This document shows, piece after piece, positions 13,401-26,100 of a stretch of 64,000 nucleotides of DNA. Numbering within the stretch: position 1 is the first letter of the stretch; each line of letters begins with the position of its first letter. The notes beneath the pieces were generated by a model. That model had not been told where the DNA came from and ran no database searches. It saw nothing but the letters and a program-made list of their open reading frames with translations. This DNA is from Azolla caroliniana (lineage: Eukaryota; Plantae; Polypodiophyta), in assembly GCA_043228905.1 (NCBI GenBank), contig JBHGNT010000016.1:10416001-10480000 (forward strand), read 5' to 3'. Position numbers and translations under genes: made by a program.

Positions 13401-13876
13401 ACATGACACATGTTGTTTAGCTCCTGTTGAAGTTGGAGCTTTCGTGCAGCCATATTGGCCGCAAAAATCTTCTTGAGATTTCCCCAAGCTTCTTTCGGTG
13501 TTTTCAAATCTCGAATATAGCCGAGCATGTGGTCATGAACGCATGACGCAAGGCAGTACAACACACGGCTTGTGGCCTGCTCCCACGCTAGGTAGTCGGC
13601 GTGTGTCGGATTGGGTTGCGTTTCGTGAGCTCCCTCGATGTAGCTCCATTAATCCTATCTGACAAGATATTGATGCATCGTGTACTCCCAATATACAAAG
13701 TTTGTTCTATCGAGCTTCTCGGTGGAAGAGCGCTTCCCTTCTGGGTGTTCATTGTCGAACTTCTTCTACTCTTGATGTCAGCTGTGCAAAAATCGTTGCT
13801 ACAACGATCAGTTGGTTCTTTGCGAGCTTGAGCACAACACGCGTAAAGGAGATGGGCTTGGATCAAGCTACCACGC

Positions 13877-13888
13877 GCTCTGATACCA
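13877..13888 (-). promoter_or_regulatory. PBS (tRNA-Met) of Copia A
   Basis: GCTCTGATACCA on the + strand. Confidence 0.9.
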
Positions 13889-14034
13889 TCTAAAGCATCA
13901 AGAGTGATTTTGTGCAACGGAAGGACTGTGTGAGTGAGTGTGTGTGCACATGATGCAACAGAGAGAGAGGGAGGGAGAGAGGGAGGGAGAGAGCTCTAGG
14001 TAAGAAACTGTATATTACATCTAACAACAACTAA

Positions 14035-15042
14035 GCCGAGTTATGGTGGAAATGGTAAACATTTGGAGTTTTTCCAATATTCAGTTAAGGTAGGTAGAAA
14101 TTTATTGTTGCAATCAAAGTATAAATGTCCTACTGCCATGAAGCACTGGTCTGAGAATAATGTGCAGGAATTCCAACTTGCAAAATTTTGGAAATGGTTG
14201 TGGAGCATGCAATTGCCGAAAAAAGTCATTTGCTTTCGATGGCTGCTGATTCATTATGCTCTTCCTGTTGGTGATTGGTTGAGACAGCATCAACAATATG
14301 CTTGTGGATTGCATTGTGGCGCACCTACTGAATCGATTTTGCATGTGTTTTGGTTATTTCCCAAGATCAAGAAATCTTGGAGTAAGTTGTTTTTATTGTT
14401 GAGACAATACTACTCTCGATCAATATTCTCTTGGGGTGCAGTATTGTGGGGTGTCCTTCATGGAGAGGTTATGAGGTATGGAAGTATGCATGCTTCTCAT
14501 GTTTTTCATTTTTCTTATGGACACCTCTCTCTCACCTCGTTTCCTTCTTCTATTTCATGGTTCAGAATTAAAAATATGGTCATTTGGCGTACAATTACGT
14601 CATTGGCTCTTTGGATAATATGGAAAGCGAGATGTGATTCTATTTTTAACAATGCCCATATACAGGTGAACACTATGCTTATTGATTTTTGGATGTTGTT
14701 TGTTCACACACTTCATGGGCAATATGATGATCTGCAGGGTTCGGATGATGTTTTGTGGCAACGGCAGGTGGCCTTTAAGAACCGATGGCAAAGACTCCAA
14801 TTATTTTCAGAGACAACTGCTGGTCCAAAGTGGAATTATGCCATACCTTCGTTTATGTTAGATAGTGAATAGTAAGTATTGTTCTACTTGTTCATATATG
14901 ACATCATCTATATCATCAAATGTACTAGCTTTTGTATCTTACAAAAAGAAGTGAGATGAAATGTCTCCTTCTGTTTTTCCTATGTAAACTTTTCAAGTAA
15001 TATACTAAGGTGTATCTTCCTTTTAAAAAAATAAAATAAAAT
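14035..15042 (+). mobile_element. 5'-truncated L1-type LINE (zf-RVT C-terminus, 3' UTR, A-rich tail) inserted in the LTR of Copia A
   Basis: ORF 14063-14872 (FWKWLWSMQLPKKV, CGAPTESILHVFW, LWIIWKARCDSIF). A-rich tail ~15025-15041; CAACTA on both sides. Confidence 0.8.
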
Positions 15043-15156
15043 ACCAACTAGTCTAGGGAAAATGCCCTTTCTACTAATTATAGAAATGTCCTAATAAGTT
15101 GTCCACCATCTAGTGTGAACACTATTCCTATGGGAAGTTGAGTTCGATTCTCAACA

Positions 15157-15955
15157 CATGTTATCTGATGGAGGGATGGAGTACTTTTCCGACCAATTCA
15201 CCGGATACTCATAGAAGGAAGGAATCCGAAGGGAATTCTCATGCAAGTACATGCCGCAGCAAAATGACTTGGCGGAGAGGAAAAATCGGGCAATAGTCAA
15301 AGCCACACAGGCACGCTTGAAGAGAAGCATATGCTGAAAAGAGACTGGGCTGAAGTCGTCAAAGTGGTTGTATATTTGTTGAACCAAACTTCGGTAGGTG
15401 GAACACAGGTAACTCCACATGAGGCATATTTCGGGCGTAAGTCGAACATGACACACATACGGTTCTTCGACTACATAACATATGTGCATGTGCCAAAATA
15501 GAAAGGGAAGAAGATGGGCCCAAAAGCGAAAAGTGCATACTTGTCGGCTACTCACATGAGCAAAAGGGGTATACGTGCTATAACCCCTAGACCCGAGAGG
15601 TTGAAGTGAGCCACTGTTCTATTTGATGAATCTGCATCATGGTATTCAGCTCCAATCATTCTGACTCCTACAAGTTTAGAGCCAAATTCAAAAGACAAAG
15701 CTAGCATAATCAGCTCATTTGAGGGAAACCTTGGAACCGAAGAAGAGTGTCTGAGTTCATTTTGGATGAGTGGGCCGGATGTACAAGAGAGCCGAAATGA
15801 CAAGCGGGAGAGTGAAGAAGATTAGACTATAATGGCACCAAAGAGGATAAAGTGACAAAACAAGGGGAAGCAAAAGATGCCCCAATACTACAACAAAATA
15901 AGCGGGCTGGAGCAGAGTGACTCCGATAGCGCATTGAGCAGTGACGTTGGACCGC
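15157..15955 (+). pseudogene. Ty1/Copia integrase fragment, probably the continuation of 3090-3221
   Basis: SDGGMEYFS, PQQNDLAERKNRAIV, KCILVGYS, VLFDESASWY. Confidence 0.75.
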
Positions 15956-16575
15956 TTGAATTGTAGCTTCCCATCATCTCCATTCTGTGACAAGATACTT
16001 CCTTGTGCAAAATATGACGCATCAGCCTCAATGATGAATGGTTTTTCTAGGTCAGCATGAATGAGAATAGGATCATAAGTGAATGTTGTCTTTAGGTTAT
16101 CAAAAGCTTTGGCTGCATTGGAACTCCATGTGAAAGAATTGTTCTTCTGTGTAAGTTCCATGAGAGGCATCACGATGTTCGAATAATTCTTGATAAATTG
16201 GTGATAAAAACTTCGCAAATCCCAAGAAACACTGACTTCACACATCGAATGAGGTATTTGGTAGTTCAGAATATTCCACGTGGTTACAATCAAAGCTATA
16301 TTTCTCGAGTTTGGCATAGATCCCATATTCTCACAAGCGTTGAAGGGCTTCACTGACGTGTATGTCATACTCTTTTTGAGTCTTGGAGTAAATCATGATG
16401 TCATCAAGCTATGCTATGGTGAATGTATCCAAGAAGTCATGGAAAATATCATTCACCATGTGTTGAAACACTGCAAGTGCATTGGTAAGATCGAAAGGCA
16501 TAACTGTGTACTCGAAATGTCCATATCAAGTGCGGAATGTTGTCTTCCATTCATCGCTTGGACGTGTCTTTGAAC
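15956..16575 (-). pseudogene. Ty3/Gypsy (chromovirus-type) RT and RNase H fragment
   Basis: [42 protein letters not shown]. Confidence 0.8.
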
Positions 16576-16854
16576 ACCTCTCCCCCCCTCCAAAATGTGA
16601 CTCAAATATAAACTTTTTTTTGTGTAAGCAAAATTTGCCATAATCCCCAATATCTCAAGATCTCCACTTTTTGCCAAGACAAAAGCCCATAGGGATGATG
16701 GGGATTTTAAACAAGACCTACTATAGGTATATAGATAACCTCTTCAAGAGAGAGATCTCGTCTAGATGAGTAAAATGTCTCTCTCTCCCCTTGCTTCCTC
16801 ACGCTATCTTCATGAGTAGAAGAACTTAATCCAATGGAAACCACTTATATATCG

Positions 16855-16986
16855 ATATATATATATATGTATACATATATCATTATATGTATATGTACAT
16901 GAAGTACCTCTTTCTTTTTGTGTGTGTGTGTGTATATACATATATATGAAACACACGTCATTAAATGAAACCTCCCTTTTACCACT

Positions 16987-17020
<34 letters not shown>
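16855..17020. repeat. (TA)n, (TG)n and (CT)n microsatellites in the promoter/5' UTR of the epoxide hydrolase
   Basis: Directly visible; the (CT)n tract ends 14 nt before the ATG. Confidence 0.85.
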
Positions 17021-17023
<3 letters not shown>

Positions 17024-17034
17024 AGGGAGCTTCC

Positions 17035-17104
17035 ATGGAGGGTGTTACTCATAGAACTATCTCCACAAATGGCATCAACATGCACATCGCGGAAATGGGT
17101 TCAG
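17035..17104 (+). CDS. Epoxide hydrolase exon 1
   Basis: MEGVTHRTISTNGINMHIAEMGS, donor CAG|GTTAGT, phase 1 matches exon 2. Confidence 0.88.
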
Positions 17105-20100
17105 GTTAGTTTTGCTTCAATTCTGGTCGAATTGAAAGATGGTTCTAGAGAGGTTCTCTCTATTGCTTGCATGGAAAAGCTTTGCCTGGCAGGCTTATTG
17201 CTGATGCAAAGATACACGCTCATTTGGAAAATTGTTACAAAAGGCTTTCTCATATGAGCCAGAAAGGCTGAAATATTTTATCTTATTTGTATCACTGGAT
17301 GACAAGGGCACAAAACCACACTTTTTTAATGATTGCCTATATGGAATGCAAGAAAGGAGTTCTTCTTACTCTGATCTGTTTTGCAAACAGAATCTGATGA
17401 ATCATCTTTATTCTGATGCAAGTAAGATGCCATTTCAAGTTTCTCATCATCACATGTAGGGTTGTCTTCTGTACCGAGTTTCACATATGGAGACAGTGGA
17501 ACCCTAATTACTCCCCACCCTCCATATTGAAATGCTGCAAAACGTTGGAGACATACTTCTGTTGAGATAGAAAGAGTAATCCTTTTGACCAATTTCTGAG
17601 TGTCCGCATGCCCAATCTCCTAACTCAATAATCATTGTTTGCTGGCTGTTGAGCCTGCAAATTATCATTTTCAACTTGCTGTCCTGACATTTCAGCCTGT
17701 AAATAGCATTAACAGTTTGGTGTACTGGCTGTTCCTGCACATTTAGTGAGGCTCATTGTTATTGGCAACGGGTGGCTGATCATCATCAAAAGCCTTGTTT
17801 GATTACCGAATAATCAAGTGAACAGCTGTCATAACAGCCTCTGCCCACAAGCCATGAGTAATGCAGCATGAAAATCATAGTTCAGACCTTGTTCCGTGTA
17901 GTCCGATTCATACGCTCTGCAACTCCATATTGGAGTGGATTATGAGGGATGTTGAGCTCCCTCTTTGTCCCTTTCCTGTCACAAAATACCTGAAAAGCAT
18001 TGGACATGTATTTCCCACCATAATGCTGAGAATTTGTGAAACTAGTCAAGCACTTCTTCCTTGCTATGAATAGGCTAAACCCATACCATAATTGTAGAAT
18101 TGTCGATAAAAGTGACAACATATTTCTTCCCCCTACAAATAAACTTGGCATCTTTCATATATCTGGATGTACTAACTCTATAGGAGAATATTTTGGCAAA
18201 AGAGACCTCTTATGAGACATCTGAGCATGTTTATCATAACACAGATCACACTGCTCAAAATCAGTATGATGAAGACAAGGCAAGTAACCCAAATGAGAAA
18301 GCACTTACATTCCAGTTTGCTTCATGTGTTCCAACTGGCCATGCCACAAAGAAACACTCGGCTGCTCGGTTACGGTAACAACATGGTCACACACACTGGA
18401 TACATGGAGAGGATACAAGATATCACTTTTAGAAGGCTTGGCAATAATTCTAGGTCCTTCACAGATCTTCCATTTCCCATCATCAAAGGTGGTGTGAAAT
18501 CCATCTTCATCTAGCAGCCCTGTACAAATCAAGCTCCTCCGAGCTGAATTACATGCTGTACATGCGGAAGTATGAAGACATAACCATATTGAAACTGCAA
18601 CTGTACAGAGCCAATACTCGCAATGTCACATGCATTGTTGTTCCCGAGATTGATAATATGTTGACCCTTGTGTAGTTACAAAACCACTCACAATGAGGAG
18701 TGGTCCGAAAGGAAGTGCCTGAATCGAAAATCCAAGAGTGCGTGTCACCATCTATGTCTGCAAGTAAAACATGTGCACTAAAGCGTGAAGAGTACATTAT
18801 TCCACAATTGCTCTCATGAGTGACTACATTCACCTCTTCACTTTAAACATTGCTCTTCTTAGGTTGAATTTTTTTCATCTCTTCTTTGCTATTATCTTTG
18901 TCTTGCTCTTTCCTCTCTTCCTTCCATTTGTAGCAATCACGGTAAAGGATCTTTCTTGCCACAGTGATGGCATTCTACACGTTTGCCACAGGATTTACTG
19001 TGATCTTTGCTATCAAATCTGCCTCTCAGTACGATGTGACCCTAGTATGCAAAGTATTGGAGGATGTACTGGCTGCATTGTTCTTCCGATTATTCATCTC
19101 TTCCATAAGTAGAAAAGAAAGATATATTAATGTTTTTTAAGAGGCCGAAATGGGCTATAAGACCAAACAACAAATTACATCTTCAGAGTTGTCTTGTCTT
19201 TGAGAACAACCAACCAAAAAGAATGTTACTAAATAAAAAAGAAGAAAAGAAGAAAAGAAGAAAAGAAGAAAAGAGAAAAAGTGAGCATGGAATGTTGTTA
19301 TCAGTACATGTAAGATTCTCAAGTTAGATATATCGTGTTTTTTTCTTTGAAAGATAATTGGCATATGTTGATTAAGAATGGAGAGGTCTTTGAAATGAGT
19401 GAAGCACCTCCAATGGTGGCAGATAATTGCCTTCGTATGTTGATGACAAGGGTGGTGACACGAGGTCCATGAGGCTGGGGCTTACTTGCACTGTGAATTA
19501 CTATTGCCCAATCTATTGTAACCTCTTTGTTATTGCCCAACAAATGGTTGGCGGCCCATTTGTGTAGCCTATGATTGACTTGTAGCATGAGTATGAGTGC
19601 TGGGGGTGAGGAAAGTTGTGATTGTTCTTTATTGATGAGCTTGTGTGGCTATACTATTGTCTTTCAACAACTTTTCTCTATGTTTCTTGAGTTCTAGTAA
19701 GAAAAGCCCCAAGAGCCATTGGTTCTCGTATTCCGTTACTTTGCTAGTGGGCCAAAGCCTTGCTTAAAGAGGCAATGGTATATCCCCCTTGTTTCATAAA
19801 AAACATTACAATGACAAACACAGTGTTATTCAGATTACATGCCTTGATGACAGAATTGGCAAATTCTTTCTTCTAGAGGTATTTGTGCATATCAGCCTAC
19901 CTTAATCTCTAACTGATTTGATGAAGTTCGCAGCTTCCCTCACACTTTGTAGCCCAAAGGATAGATGTCTGACCATATAAGATGGCTTTATGTTGAATCC
20001 ATCCTCTGATGCATGAATCCAAAGTCCATATATTGGCCGAATCGATGTATGTCCATATGAGCCCCTTCTGAAACCCTGCTTGTCAAGCTAAATGGCTGCC

Positions 20101-23100
20101 CTCTTCCTCTGCCCATATACTTGATTCTGACTCTAGGATCAAGCCATATAGTTTAACAAAGTAATGTTCAATCATGATTGTCCTTTTCGTTGGCATTGTG
20201 GGGTCTCCACCCTTGAGGATTGGCACAATGGTATGTTCTGTCCATCTAGTAGGTAAACAAATGCAAAATGAACATTCTCCTTTCATTTATTCTCAATAGT
20301 ATACATTTATGTTACGACAGGAGAGAGAAAATACGGAGATCCCTTATCTCACTTGAGGAGAAGGCTCTTCCTTATAAAGGCCAATATATGGCCATTGGGC
20401 TAACTAGATGTTAGGGCTGGCAGCTGGTGGGCTACAACTTTAATCATTCTCAACACTCCCCCTCAAGATGGGCGAAAGATATCCACTAAGCCCATCTTGT
20501 CACACAGTCTAGAAAGACTTACTGGACCAAGTCCCTTTGTAAGACAATCTGCTACTTGATCTTCAGTAGAAACATGACTCAATTTTAATATTCCACTATC
20601 AAGCTTCTCCTTGATAAAGAATATGTTGATTTTGATGTGCTTGATTGCTGACTTATTGTCACACGACAGCCTCATCTGACTTTCTTGATTCATCCTTAGT
20701 TCTATTAGGAGAGTTCTCAGCCACAACATCTCCGCAATTCCTACAACAATAGCTCTATGTTGACCTTGCTGCTACTAACTGTTTCTTACTCTTCCAAGAG
20801 ACCAGATTGCCCCCAACAAATATGCGATATCCTGATGTGGATTTCCTATCATCAGCACAACTAGCCCAATCAGAATCACAATTGCCCGCAATGTTGAGCA
20901 TGTTTTCTAAAGATCAATCCCTTCCCTACTGCACCTTTGAGATATCTCAGATTCTGGTACACTGCATCCATATATTCTTTCCTCGGATCATGCATGTAGC
21001 ATCTTACAGCACTTCCTGCAAATGAAATATCTGAACGAGTGAGAGTTAGATAAATCAGCCAACCTACCAATCTTTGATACCTTTCACGATTAACTTTCTC
21101 CTGCAAGTTCAGTTAACTTGCTCTTTGGGTCAATTGGAGAAGCTACTGGCCTACAACCCAACATTTCAGTTTCTATGAGAAAATCTAATACTTAATTTTG
21201 TTGAGATAGAACAATTCCTTCTGCCCCACGAGCAATCCAATTCCAAGAAAATATCGTAGCAAGCCTAGATCCTTCCTCAAACTCTTTACCCAGTTGCACC
21301 TAGGGATCGACAACAGCTCCACTCAAGCCTAAATCGGTTTAAAATGACTTAGTGGCTCGGCTCGGCTTCGGTTTGAGGCTGCTTAAATGGTTTCAGCTCA
21401 GCTCGGCTTGACTTGAGCCTTGCCAAACTGGCTCAAACTGGTTAAACATGTCAAATTTGGAGAAGGATTGGATCACTGAGAATGAGGTTGCCATTGCCTT
21501 AGGGCTCGTGGTTCGGGTGGTGGGCAGCGGGGGATTCATGGATGTCAGCTGACCAATCGTAGTAGTCTACGGAGAGGGAATCATGGAGGTGGGACTTAGA
21601 GTTGAATTCCGACTCATTGGTGGTAAGGCTGAGGGTGTGGGAGTTATGAGGAGGAAGTGGTAGTGTTTTTTTGGTTTCTTCACACCTCTAAAGCTTTTTT
21701 GTCCCAAACTGGCTCCTAAACCGGTTTAGGCCAAACCGTCTTAGCCTAAACCAGTTTAGGGACTGGTTTGGTTCAGGTTTGAGAACCCCAAAATGGTTCA
21801 GCCAAACTGGTTAAGCCTAAACCGAACTGTTGCCTATTCCTAGTTGCACCTTCAGTTGGGCAATCTCTCCTTCATCGTCACCCGTGATAATTATATCATC
21901 CACATACACCGCAAGTAATGTAGTATTCTTCTTGTCTTGTCAGAAAAACACTGTATGGTCCGCATTGATCTGCTGGTATCCCATACCCACCAGAGCCCTT
22001 CTTAACCTGTCGAATCAGGCTCGAGGAGATTGCTTCAGTTCATAAAGGAACTTCCTTAGTCCGCAAACTTTGCCTACTGTTTGAATTGTACCAAAACTTG
22101 GGGGATATCCATGTACACTTCCTCCATCAACTCTCCATGAAGGAATGCATTTTTTACATCTAATTGATGTAGTTTCCAATCCTTATTCACTGTCAAGGAA
22201 ATAAGCATTCTAATAATGCTCATCTTCGCCACAGGTGCAAAAGTCTCATCGTTATCAATGCCATATGTCTGACTATATCCATTACCTAGTAATCGTGCCT
22301 TGTAACAATCTATTTTGCCCTCTAGGGTTTGTTTTACTACAAACACCCATTTGCACCCAATCACCCAATCACCCAATCTCCCAAGTTTTGTTCCTCTCAA
22401 GAGCTCCGAGTTCTTCTTGCATAGCTGTTTTCCACTTTGGATCTTCGTTAGCAACCTGCCAACACTTGGGTAAAGTGACAGAGTCCAATGATGCAATCAA
22501 TGCTCTATGTGTAGGGGATATGTTAGAAATAAGAGAAACTGAGCAATATTACGAGGAAAACCATAATGATCAGGAGGGACTCCTGCATTATTGTGAGAGG
22601 TCCTCCTAACTGCTACAGGAGAAGGAGAGGAGCTCATATCACCTGTGTTTTCTGGATTTGAGAGTTCTATAGGTATTTCAGAAGTTGAGGAAAGTTGGGA
22701 TATGGAACTTGATGGCAGAAATGGCACTGCAAACGTGTTGATATTTCCTTCCTTCTGCCTTCTCCTCCGGGTATACCCCCTCAGCTTGAGTTCCAACACA
22801 TACAGGTTCCTGTTCTTCTTTTCCTTCTTCTTCATCTCCTGCGCTCACTTGTTTCTCAGATGGTGTAGGGATCAACAAAGGAATTGATCTTATTTTCAGC
22901 AATCTCTCACCACTATCTCCTTCTTCCCTCATATTTTCAGTGTCAATTGAGTCATGAAAGTGAAGTTACCTCCCATTTATAATATGGCTCTGACTCTCAG
23001 AAATGCACATCCATGCTCAGAAATAATCTCTTTTCCACTCGACTCCAACAAACATACAATTTTTGTGTGGCAAAGTATCCCACAAATACACATTTCACAG

Positions 23101-26100
23101 CTTTGGGATCAAGCTTTCCTATAGATGGTCTACTATCCTTTACAAAACACACATCCAAACACCTTCAAAGGAAGGATCCCAGAGTTATCTCCTTGCAACA
23201 ACTCACATGGAGACTTCCACCCCAATACTCTAGAGGGCATTCCGATGATCAATGTGGCAGCAATCAAAACTGCTTGTCCCCACAACTACTTTGGGACATT
23301 CATAGAAATCAGCATGCTTCTTGTTACCTCTAGAAGATGTCCTTCTTCCTCTTTGCTACTCCATTTTGTGCTGGTATATATGGGGTTGTAGTTTGATGTT
23401 GTATTCCTTGATTTGACAGTTATTCCTTAAACGTGATGTTAGTATACTTTTCTCCATTATTGGACCTCAACACCTTTACTACTGCACCATATTGAGTTTG
23501 AACTTCTTATTTTTCATCAAACATAACCAAATAACACGTGAGAAGCAATAAATGAAAGAGACAAAATATTTATATTCATTCATAGAACTTGTGGAAGATA
23601 GTCCCCAAGCATCAGTGTATTATATCAAAAGTATGGGAAATCCTATGGCCTGAATTAACATACGACCTTCTAATAAGCTTATCAAATTCACATGCATCAC
23701 AAACAAGTTTCGATTTATCAACCTTTTCAAAAAGGTGTGGATACACCCAACACAAAACATCATAAGAGGTATGTTCCATACACTGGTGATAAAGCATCAA
23801 CAAGTCATCGCAACTCATTTATATGTTCCCTCTACCATAGATGCTAATGCTGAACCCAACCCTTCACGATCCAAATACCATAGTCCACTATGCCATGTGC
23901 TAGTCCCTAGTCTTGGACCTGTCCCTTTCTCTTGTCTCTGTGTTTAGCGTTTAGGCCTCTGTCTCTGTCTTTGTCTCTGCGTTTTCTGCAATGTCTGTCC
24001 TCTGCGTTTTCTACAATGCCTGATCCTCTATGTTTTTTGCCAAATCTGATTCCCTGCATTTTCTGCCAAATTTGTTCCTCTGTGTTCTTTGCCCAGTAGA
24101 AATTCTTGGAACCTATATTGTTCCATCTACCTATGCTAGAGATATTTCGAAGAAAAAAGCTACAATATACCTAACTTGAGAATCTCACATGTGCCAAAAA
24201 CCAAATTCACTCGTTTCTTCTCTTTTCATTTTATTTACTTTTATATTTACTGTGTAATATTTATTTTATTTTGATTTGTTCTCAAAGACGAGAAAACACT
24301 CAAGATGTAATCTCTTATTTGGTCTTATAGGCCATTTTGTCCTCTTAAAAGACGTTAATATATCTTTCTTTCTTTCTTCCTCTGCCCTCAACATCTCATA
24401 CCTTGTACCTGCTGTCCTAAGACACCATGGAGTCTGAATGGATAGAAAATGAAAAGATGGATCTTAACACGCATGACGAGGGTCCAGATCCATGGAAGAC
24501 CCAAAGAAGATACCATAGACGAAAATGACGGGATGGAAGCACCTCGAATAACATTAGGAGGGTGCATAAGGCACCCAGAACGCATGCCCCATTCGACTTT
24601 CCATTTGATGTCGAAAATGGGAAATATGATCTATTACACCATTTGATTGCGCAAGAGATCAATCTTATTAGAGAGGATATAGAAATAGCACTAAAAGAAG
24701 AAATGAAAAAGGAGATAGAGAAACAGAAAACAGAGTTGTATGCCTCTCTCAAGGCTGAGTTATTAGAAGAGATCAAGTAAGGTTGAGTTAGGAGCAATAA
24801 AAGTGGATTTAGAAAGATGCATCTGTACAGTGAAAGCCAAATGCAAACATGGGCAGACATGGCCAAAGATGCCAAAGCTCAAGCTGAGCACGCCCAAAAC
24901 GAAATTAAAGCAAATGCTCCTTGGATAGAGGTAGTGAAAAAGCAAAAAGGAACATCCATGGATAGGATGGCAATGATGAATGCTACAATAGAAGAAGAAG
25001 CCAAGAGGAAAGCTCGTGCGTTGCATGTACGAGTGGTTGGTTGGGCCGAAAAAGGAAGTCCACAAGAAGATGCCAAGAATCACGGAACAAAGATTGGAGC
25101 ATCAGATATTCCATTTGCTTTGCGTGGAAGGTGGGAAGAGATGAGTCTAGAGCTAAAGCCCTTATCATCTGCTTCATGGATATTGACAAGAAAAAAGCTT
25201 TCCTCCCTAAAAGAAAGGCACTCAAGGGTGAAAAAATATACTTAGATGACGATCTCACTCCTGCCCAAGTGGCACACCGCAAAGAAAACATGCCACGAAT
25301 GCTTGATGCAAGAAAAGAAGGAAAATGGGCCGTTTATAGAGATGGCAAGGTCATTATTACAGAGAAGAAGACCGCATGACGATATATGGCCTATGAGACC
25401 CTACACATGACCATATGGAATTGCAACGGCTCTCTACGGACAAATGTCGGATATTTTGAAAAACACAGATATTGCTATGTATACAAAGACTCACCAATGC
25501 ATGGCTAGCAAACGCCCTAAGGTACAAGGATATAGCTGGGAGTCAATATGTCGCCCCCAACCTCGGACACGAGGAAGCACTAGAGGTTCGGGAGGAGTGG
25601 CTGTGCTATACAAAAAGGAGCGCCATGATAGAGTGCATGTTGTCCATAAAGATGTAGATGCAATTTGCTACTTTCCACCTGCCTACTCAAGGTTTGCACC
25701 TCTAGGTGAATCACCATATCTACCACTATATGATGATATCATAAGATTTGCTACTATGGGGGACATAATACTATTAGGAGATGAACAAACAACTATGTTT
25801 AACACCAACGAGGCTGTTTATGGAGAAGTTATGGCAGAAGAGGTTGGTCTAAAGCGACAAGCTCAAGATATGAGTGCTATAACTGAATATGGAAAACACT
25901 TTCTAACCTTGGGAAGTGCTAATGGATTTGTGATATATAATGGCTTGTCACAATGGCCTGGATCAGATGCTTTGTCATGTTGGAACCCAAAAGGGGTTGC
26001 AAGCACAGTCAATTGTCTAATGGAATCTCCATCTCTTATACCTGACATAACAGTGTTCACAATATCAGGTAGACCTATTGGCTTGGCAGCAGATCATGCA

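Larger units (their letters stand above)
10603..13408 (-). mobile_element. Internally inverted and deleted Tcn1-like chromovirus (Ty3/Gypsy), TSD CATGT
   Basis: CATGT at 10598-10602 and 13409-13413. On -: 3' LTR 10603-11033, PPT ~11036-11047, chromodomain ~11080-11290. On +: LTR copy ~11303-11741, gag and PR. CATGACA at 13402-13408 is the original LTR start. Confidence 0.85.
3222..15156 (-). mobile_element. Old Ty1/Copia element A (5' LTR, PBS, gag, PR, IN; 3' half deleted), host of three later insertions
   Basis: LTR pieces ~13889-14030 and ~15043-15156. PBS at 13877-13888. gag at 13414-13760, 10397-10597 and 4560-4876. PR motif WFVDSEASNHMT, GAG-pre-integrase and integrase (YWAEAVNTVVYLMNR, KCILVGYS) down to 3225. 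Confidence 0.8.

Noticed and set aside
14063-14872. 269-aa host membrane protein
   Set aside because: Trp-rich zf-RVT C-terminus of an L1 LINE, followed by an A-rich tail.
16922-17257. 111-aa ORF spanning the microsatellites
   Set aside because: Low-complexity artefact in a different frame; the real exon is 17035-17104.
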